A program made the translations under genes and the position numbers. 64,000 nt of DNA from an uncultured Actinomycetes bacterium (lineage in GTDB: Bacteria; Actinomycetota; UBA4738; HRBIN12): the NCBI GenBank assembly GCA_963771385.1, contig CAVYTE010000003.1:52929-116928 (forward strand). Reading direction: 5' to 3'. This document shows, one piece after another, positions 58,983-64,000 of this stretch. Numbering within the stretch: position 1 is the stretch's first letter; every line of letters begins with the position of its first letter. The notes below the pieces were generated by a model. It ran no database searches, was not told where the DNA came from, and saw only the letters and a list, made by a program, of their open reading frames with translations.

Positions 58983-59579
58983 ATGAACAAGACCGATCTC
59001 GTCGACAAGGCGTATCTGCGCGCGGACAGGCCTGAGTTCCGGCCGGGCGACACCGTCAAGGTGCACGTCCGGGTGGTCGAGGCCGGGCGCGAGCGCATCC
59101 AGGTGTTCCAAGGCGTGGTGATCCGGCGCCAGGGCGGCGGGCTGCAGGAGACGTTCACCGTTCGGAAGATCTCGTTCGGCGTCGGTGTGGAACGGACCTT
59201 CCCCCTGCACTCGCCCTCGATCGCCAAGCTCGAGGTCGTCTCCCGTGGACACGTTCGCCGGGCCAAGCTCTACTACCTGCGCGAGCGCCGAGGCAAGAAG
59301 GCCCGGATCCGGGAGCGTCGCCTGGGCGAGGACGAGCTGGCGGCGATCGCAGCGGCAGAGGCGGAGCGCGCGGCCGCGGCAGCAGTGCCCGCGGACGAGG
59401 AGGCGGGGGAGCCCTCCGCCGAGGATCCGGTGGACTCCACCGAGACCTCCGATATCGGCGCCGAGGGTGCCAACCCCGAGGGTCACGATGCCGGCGAGCC
59501 CGAGAGCGACGGTGCCGGCGAGCATGAGGTCGAGGAACTCGCCGAGGCCGAGGCGCCCGGCGCAGGGGTCCAGGGCTAG
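58983..59579 (+). CDS. rplS: 50S ribosomal protein L19 with an acidic C-terminal extension of about 85 aa
   Basis: Core [40 protein letters not shown], then an Ala/Glu/Asp-rich tail. Confidence 0.8.
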   Translation: MNKTDLVDKAYLRADRPEFRPGDTVKVHVRVVEAGRERIQVFQGVVIRRQGGGLQETFTVRKISFGVGVERTFPLHSPSIAKLEVVSRGHVRRAKLYYLRERRGKKARIRERRLGEDELAAIAAAEAERAAAAAVPADEEAGEPSAEDPVDSTETSDIGAEGANPEGHDAGEPESDGAGEHEVEELAEAEAPGAGVQG

Positions 59580-59582
59580 GCG

Positions 59583-60243
59583 TTGTCCGAGAGCCCGTCG
59601 GGCTCCTCGGAGGAGGCCGGCTCACACACGCTGGAAGACCCCCGGCCCGGATCGCCCCCCGCATCGCGATCGTTCTTCCGCGAGCTCCCGTTCCTCGTAC
59701 TGGTGGCCCTGGCGCTCGCCATCCTGCTCAAGACCTTCCTCGTCCAGGCCTTCTTCATCCCGTCCGGCTCGATGTTGCCGACCCTGCAGCCGGGCGACCG
59801 GGTCCTCGTCCGCAAGGTCCTGTACACACCGAGCCGGGGTGACATCATCGTCTTCGAGGATCCCCAGGGACGGCCCGGGCCCGACCGAGGGGCGGTGGGC
59901 GGGTTCGTCCACTGGCTGTCCGAGGCCGTCGGGATCGCGAGGCCGGAGGACGATGATTTCATCAAGCGGGTGATCGGGCTGCCGGGCGAGACGGTCGAGC
60001 TTCGAGAGGGCAGGTCTGTTCGTCGACGGGGTCCGGATCCCGGAGCCCTACCTCGAGGGGGACGTGGACACGAGGGACTACGGCCCGGTGGAGGTGCCGA
60101 GCGAGTCCCTGTTCGTCCTGGGGGACAACCGGCTCCACTCGAGCGACTCGAGGTTCGGCCTCGGCTTCGTTCCGGTCGACAAGGTGGTGGGGCGGGCCTT
60201 CCTCATCGTGTGGCCACCGTCGCGGTTCGGGTGGCTGAGCTAG
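59583..60243 (+). CDS. lepB: signal peptidase I, with an apparent 1-nt frameshift near 60008-60016
   Basis: The catalytic-Ser box IPSGSMLPTL and FIKRVIGLPGETVELREG are in frame 3. The remaining GLFVDGVRIPEPYLEG..LGDNRLHSSDSR..WPPSRFGWLS continues in frame 1 and ends at TAG 60241. Confidence 0.6.
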
Positions 60244-60872
60244 TCCTCGACCTCGGGCGGTACGAGCGCGGTCTGCGGGCGCAGGGGTTCCGCATGATCG
60301 CCGGCGTGGACGAGGCCGGGCGAGGCGCGCTCGCGGGGCCGCTCGTCGCCGCGGCCGTGATCTTGCCCGATGCCTTCGACCTCGACGGCATCAACGACTC
60401 GAAGGTGCTCACGGCGCTCCAGCGCGAGGCCGCGTTCGAACGCATCATGCGCGGCGCCGTTGCGTGGTCCGCCTGCCGTTGCACGCCCGAGCGGATCGAC
60501 CGCCGCGGTCTCCACAAGACGAACGTGTGGTTGCTGCGGCGGTGCGTCGCCCGGCTCGGGGTCGCACCCGACTACGTGCTGACGGACGGGTTCCCCGTCA
60601 AGCGCCTGGGCGTCCCGAACCTGTCGATCAAGAAGGGCGACGCGGTGACCGCGTCCGTGGCCGCGGCGTCGATCGTCGCCAAGGTCACGCGCGACCGCAT
60701 CATGGATCGCTACCACCGTCGGTTCCCCGCCTACGGCTTCGACCACAACCGCGGGTACGGAACCCGGGAGCACCGTGACGCGATCCGGGCGTTCGGTCCG
60801 TCGCCGATCCACCGGTTCTCCTTCAAGGGGCTTCGAACCGGGTACTACGACGACGATAGGGTGGACCCCTGA
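60231..60872 (+). CDS. rnhB: ribonuclease HII
   Basis: GVDEAGRGALAGPLVAAAV and DSKVLT motifs. The start is either GTG 60231, overlapping the lepB end, or ATG 60294. Confidence 0.8.
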   Translation: MAELVLDLGRYERGLRAQGFRMIAGVDEAGRGALAGPLVAAAVILPDAFDLDGINDSKVLTALQREAAFERIMRGAVAWSACRCTPERIDRRGLHKTNVWLLRRCVARLGVAPDYVLTDGFPVKRLGVPNLSIKKGDAVTASVAAASIVAKVTRDRIMDRYHRRFPAYGFDHNRGYGTREHRDAIRAFGPSPIHRFSFKGLRTGYYDDDRVDP

Positions 60873-61177
60873 TGGACCCGCAGGACGATGACATCGAGCG
60901 GTTCGAGGAGGAGCGCGAGCTCGAGCTCTACCGTGAGTATCGCGACGTCGTGCCGATGTTCGCCTTCGTCGTCGAGACGGAGCGCCGCTTCTACCTCGCG
61001 AACAAGGTCGAGGTGCACCCGCGGGACGACGGCTGGGTCGAGGTGGTGCTCGCCGACGCCTGGGTGTGGGACATGTTCCGCCCTGCACGATTCGTCTCCA
61101 ACGTTCGGGTCATGACGCGCCGAGACGTGAACGTGGAGGAGCTCCGCCCGGACGACTCCATCCAGATGCCGGGATAG
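60872..61177 (+). CDS. DUF2469 family protein
   Basis: Conserved actinobacterial small protein in its usual position after rnhB. Confidence 0.6.
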   Translation: MDPQDDDIERFEEERELELYREYRDVVPMFAFVVETERRFYLANKVEVHPRDDGWVEVVLADAWVWDMFRPARFVSNVRVMTRRDVNVEELRPDDSIQMPG

Positions 61178-61245
61178 CCATCACGACCAGCCGTACCGGC
61201 GACGTCCAGGTGTGTGTCGTTCCCTCGCGCTAGCGTCCTGCGGCG

Positions 61246-61611
61246 ATGGCACCCAGGATCGATACACGCTCCGCGCGTGGCCGCTCGGGGGAGGAGGCCG
61301 CGCTCCACGTGTACGAGCGGAACGGGTACGCGCTCCTCGCGCGGAACTGGCGGTGCGAGCTCGGCGAGCTGGACCTCGTGCTTCGGCGTCGCGACCTCAT
61401 CGTCGTCTGCGAGGTGAAGGCCCGCTCGGGCGCGTCGTTCGGCGGGGGGTACGAGTCGGTGACCTGGTCCAAGCGCAGGAAGGTGCGCAACCTCGCGGAA
61501 GCGTTCATCGAGCGGAACGGATTGCGGCGCGCGCGCGTCCGCTTCGACGTCGCGAGCGTGTGGCTGGGACGGGGTGATCCGGACGTCGAGGTGTTCCAGG
61601 ACGCCTTCTAG
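61246..61611 (+). CDS. yraN: YraN family (UPF0102) endonuclease-like protein
   Basis: GEEAALHVYERNGYALLARNWRCELGELDLV and VCEVKAR match the restriction-endonuclease-like fold. Confidence 0.75.
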   Translation: MAPRIDTRSARGRSGEEAALHVYERNGYALLARNWRCELGELDLVLRRRDLIVVCEVKARSGASFGGGYESVTWSKRRKVRNLAEAFIERNGLRRARVRFDVASVWLGRGDPDVEVFQDAF

Positions 61612-61644
61612 GGTGTCGGTGCCGGCCGATAGGGTCCGCCGACC

Positions 61645-63172
61645 GTGTACGGCCGAGTCAACGGCGTCTCCGTGGTCGGGGTGCGAGGGCATCTCGTCAT
61701 CGTCGAGGCGTACATCGGTCGGGGTCTCCCGTCGCTCACGCTGACCGGCCTGCCCGGAGCGGCGGTCCAGGACGGGCGGGACCGGATCCGCCCGGCCGTC
61801 GAGAGCGCCCGGCTCGAGTGGCCCCTCCGCCGCGTGGTCGTCAACCTGTCGCCGGGCAACCTCCGCAAGGAGGGTCCCGGTCTCGATCTCCCCGTCGCGA
61901 TGGGCGTGCTCGTTGCTTCGGCGCAGGTGCCGGTCGAACCCGTCGCCGGTTGGGCGTTCGCCGGCGAACTCTCGTTGCGCGGTGGTCTCGTCGCCACGCC
62001 GGGGATGCTCTCGGTCGCGATCGCGGCGGCTCGCGACGGCCTGCGTGGCGTCGTTGTTCCCTCCGCGAACGCGGCGGAGGCGGCGCTCGTCGACGGGCTG
62101 CGCGTGGTCGGCGCCGACTCGCTCGAGGAGGTTGTGGCCTTCTTCCGCGGGACAAGGGCGCCGTCCCCCTACGAGGTCGCGCAGACCAAGGGTGTCGAAC
62201 CCCGCCGTGTGGACCTGTCCGAGGTTCGCGGGCAGGCACAGGCCCGCAGGGCACTGGAGGTCGCGGCGGCAGGCGGCCACAACCTGCTCATGGTCGGCTC
62301 ACCCGGCGCCGGCAAGACCATGCTCGCCCGGCGACTCGCCACGATCTTGCCGACGATGACCAGCGAGGAGGCGTTGGAGGTCACGCAGCTGCACTCGGTG
62401 GCCGGGCTGCTGTCCGGGGGTCTGATCCTCGAGCGGCCGTTCCGCTCGCCGCACCACACCGTGTCGCCGCAGGCGCTCCTCGGAGGGGGAACCGCATGGT
62501 TGCGGCCGGGGGAGGTCTCGCTCGCCCACCACGGCGTGCTGTTCCTGGACGAGTTCACCGAGTTCCGCCGCGACGCGGTCGAGGGACTCCGCCAGCCGCT
62601 CGAGGACGGCCGGGTGGTGGTGACTCGCATGGCCGGGACCGCGGAGTTCCCCTCCCGGTTCACGCTCGTTGCCGCGGCCAACCCGTGTCCATGCGGCTTC
62701 GCCGGCGACGCGGCGCGGCGATGCGTGTGCCGCGAGGACCGCGTGCAGGCGTACGCCGCCCGGCTGTCCGGTGCGCTGCTCGACCGCGTCGACATCCAGC
62801 TGATCGTCCCCAGGCTCACGAAGCAGGAGCTGCTCGAGGAGTCGAGCGCCGAGACATCGGAGTCGGTCCGGGAGCGGGTCGAACAGGCTCGGGAACGGCA
62901 GCGTCGCAGGTACGGGTCGCTCGGGTTCGCCTGCAACGCGCATCTCCCCGGGCCGGTGGCGCGTCGGTCGGCAGAGGTGTCGCGCGACGGCGATCGACCT
63001 GCTCGCGGCGGCGGTCGATCGCCACGTGTTGACGGGGCGCGGCTTCGACCGCGCGTTGAAGGTCGCGCGGACGATCGCCGATCTCGCCGCGAGCCGATGC
63101 GTCGGGCCTGACCACGTCGTCGAGGCGCTCGCCTATCGATCGGCCGCGCCGGAGCTCGACCGTGTCGGCTGA
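61645..63172 (+). CDS. yifB: YifB/ComM family Mg-chelatase-like AAA ATPase, with an apparent frameshift near 62979-62992
   Basis: Lon-protease-like N-terminal domain, then Walker A GSPGAGKT, then the sensor region. The conserved C-terminus ATAIDLLAAAVDRHVLTGRGFDRALKVARTIADL is in a different frame from the preceding ..RRSAEVS. Confidence 0.65.
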
Positions 63173-63234
63173 AGCGCACCTCCGTCGGCGGGACACCTCG
63201 GGGAGCCTCGCTTCGGCCCGGATCCCCGTGGCCG

Positions 63235-64000
63235 ATGTGGCCCGACGGCTTCGCGGCAACCCGCGAGGACCGCGAGGCGGTGCTCGTCCTCTCGGTGCTC
63301 CGAACCAGCACGCCGCGCTCGCTCATCGCGCTCGCGAGCGAGGTCGGCTCCGCGGCCGCGGTCCTCGCCGCCCTCCGCGAGGGTCGCGCCGGGAGCGAGG
63401 GGGATCGGGCGATCGCGCGGTCGTCGGACCCCGTCGCGTTGGCCGCCGCGGTCGCGGCGTGCGGGGCCCGCGCGGTCGTCGTGGGGATCGCGCGCCTATC
63501 CGCCACAGCTCGCGGACATCCCCGATCCGCCCGCGGCGCTCTACGTCGTTGGAGGAGCGATCCCGGCGGCGCCCGACGCCGTTGCGATCGTCGGCGCCCG
63601 CCGGTGCACCCCGCTCGGGCGGGAGCTGACCGCTGCGGTCGGTCGGGAGCTCGGGCTGGGCGGCGTCACCGTCGTGAGCGGGGCGGCCAGGGGGATCGAC
63701 TCGGCCGCCCACGAGGGCGCGCTGGCGGGCGGCGGCTCCACCCTGGCCGTACTCGGATGCGGCGTGGACGTCGGCTACCCGAAGGCGAGCCGCCGCCTGC
63801 TCGAGCGCATCCGATCGGCACGGGACGATCGTCAGCGAGTTCGCGCCCGGGACGCCGCCGCTGCAACGGAACTTCCCCGCGCGGAACCGGATCGTGGCCG
63901 GCCTGTGCGCCGCTACGGTCGTCGTCGAGGGCGCCGAGGGAAGCGGGTCCATGATCACCGCCGAACACGCGATGGAGTTCGGCCGAGACGTGTATGCGGT
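63235..64000 (+). CDS. dprA: DNA processing protein DprA, 3' partial, with two apparent frameshifts (about 63485-63497 and about 63822)
   Basis: The N-terminal segment is in frame 1. The Rossmann core [37 protein letters not shown] is in frame 3. [43 protein letters not shown] is in frame 2. Confidence 0.6.

Overview
High-GC (~70%) bacterial chromosome segment, probably from an actinobacterium judging by gene content and synteny. Genes are densely packed, and many overlap their neighbour by 4 bp (ATGA/GTGA).

The second half (42.4-64 kb) is a conserved core block: recG, rsmD, coaD, yceD, rpmF, rnc, fpg, smc, ftsY, ffh, rpsP, a KH-domain protein, rimM, trmD, rplS, lepB, rnhB, a DUF2469 protein, yraN, yifB/comM and dprA.

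The first half is more accessory. From the start it contains:
- a CydCD-like ABC exporter (5' partial) and a BHMT-like methyltransferase;
- an RTX calcium-binding secreted protein;
- a GS-like synthetase / P450 / class I amidotransferase module that looks like Ipu/Pip-type gamma-glutamylation catabolism of alkylamines;
- a GNAT-FAH fusion, an acetoacetate-decarboxylase-like protein, an AlkZ/YcaQ-like glycosylase and a second FAH hydrolase;
- gltX and a PGRP-type amidase;
- a minus-strand surface cluster (DUF4397 anchored protein, sortase, BNR/Asp-box secreted protein, small membrane protein, galT), divergent from a PASTA pseudokinase;
- a PadR regulator with its membrane partner;
- tRNA-Glu(CUC) and tRNA-Gln(CUG), icd, a PLC/AcpA-type phosphoesterase lipoprotein, an HU-like protein, a CofC-like protein, plsC, a Cys/Met PLP enzyme, ddl, an ATP-type pckA, thiL, thiD and rpmB;
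- an 1155-aa adenylate cyclase-STAND ATPase-TPR protein preceded by an unknown gene.

No CRISPR array, rRNA gene or intact mobile element was seen.

The most interesting items are:
- the sortase locus with a non-canonical sorting signal, next to the PASTA pseudokinase;
- the putative amine gamma-glutamylation module;
- an anchored-protein gene inserted between rimM and trmD;
- an Fpg homolog that lacks the N-terminal catalytic proline;
- tandem in-frame repeats in two genes.

At least six 1-nt frame disruptions occur in otherwise well-conserved genes (galT, a PRTase, lepB, yifB and dprA twice), four of them in the last 4 kb; this points to indel errors in the assembly rather than true pseudogenes.

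All calls rest on motif and family recognition by eye. No database search or gene-finding program was run.
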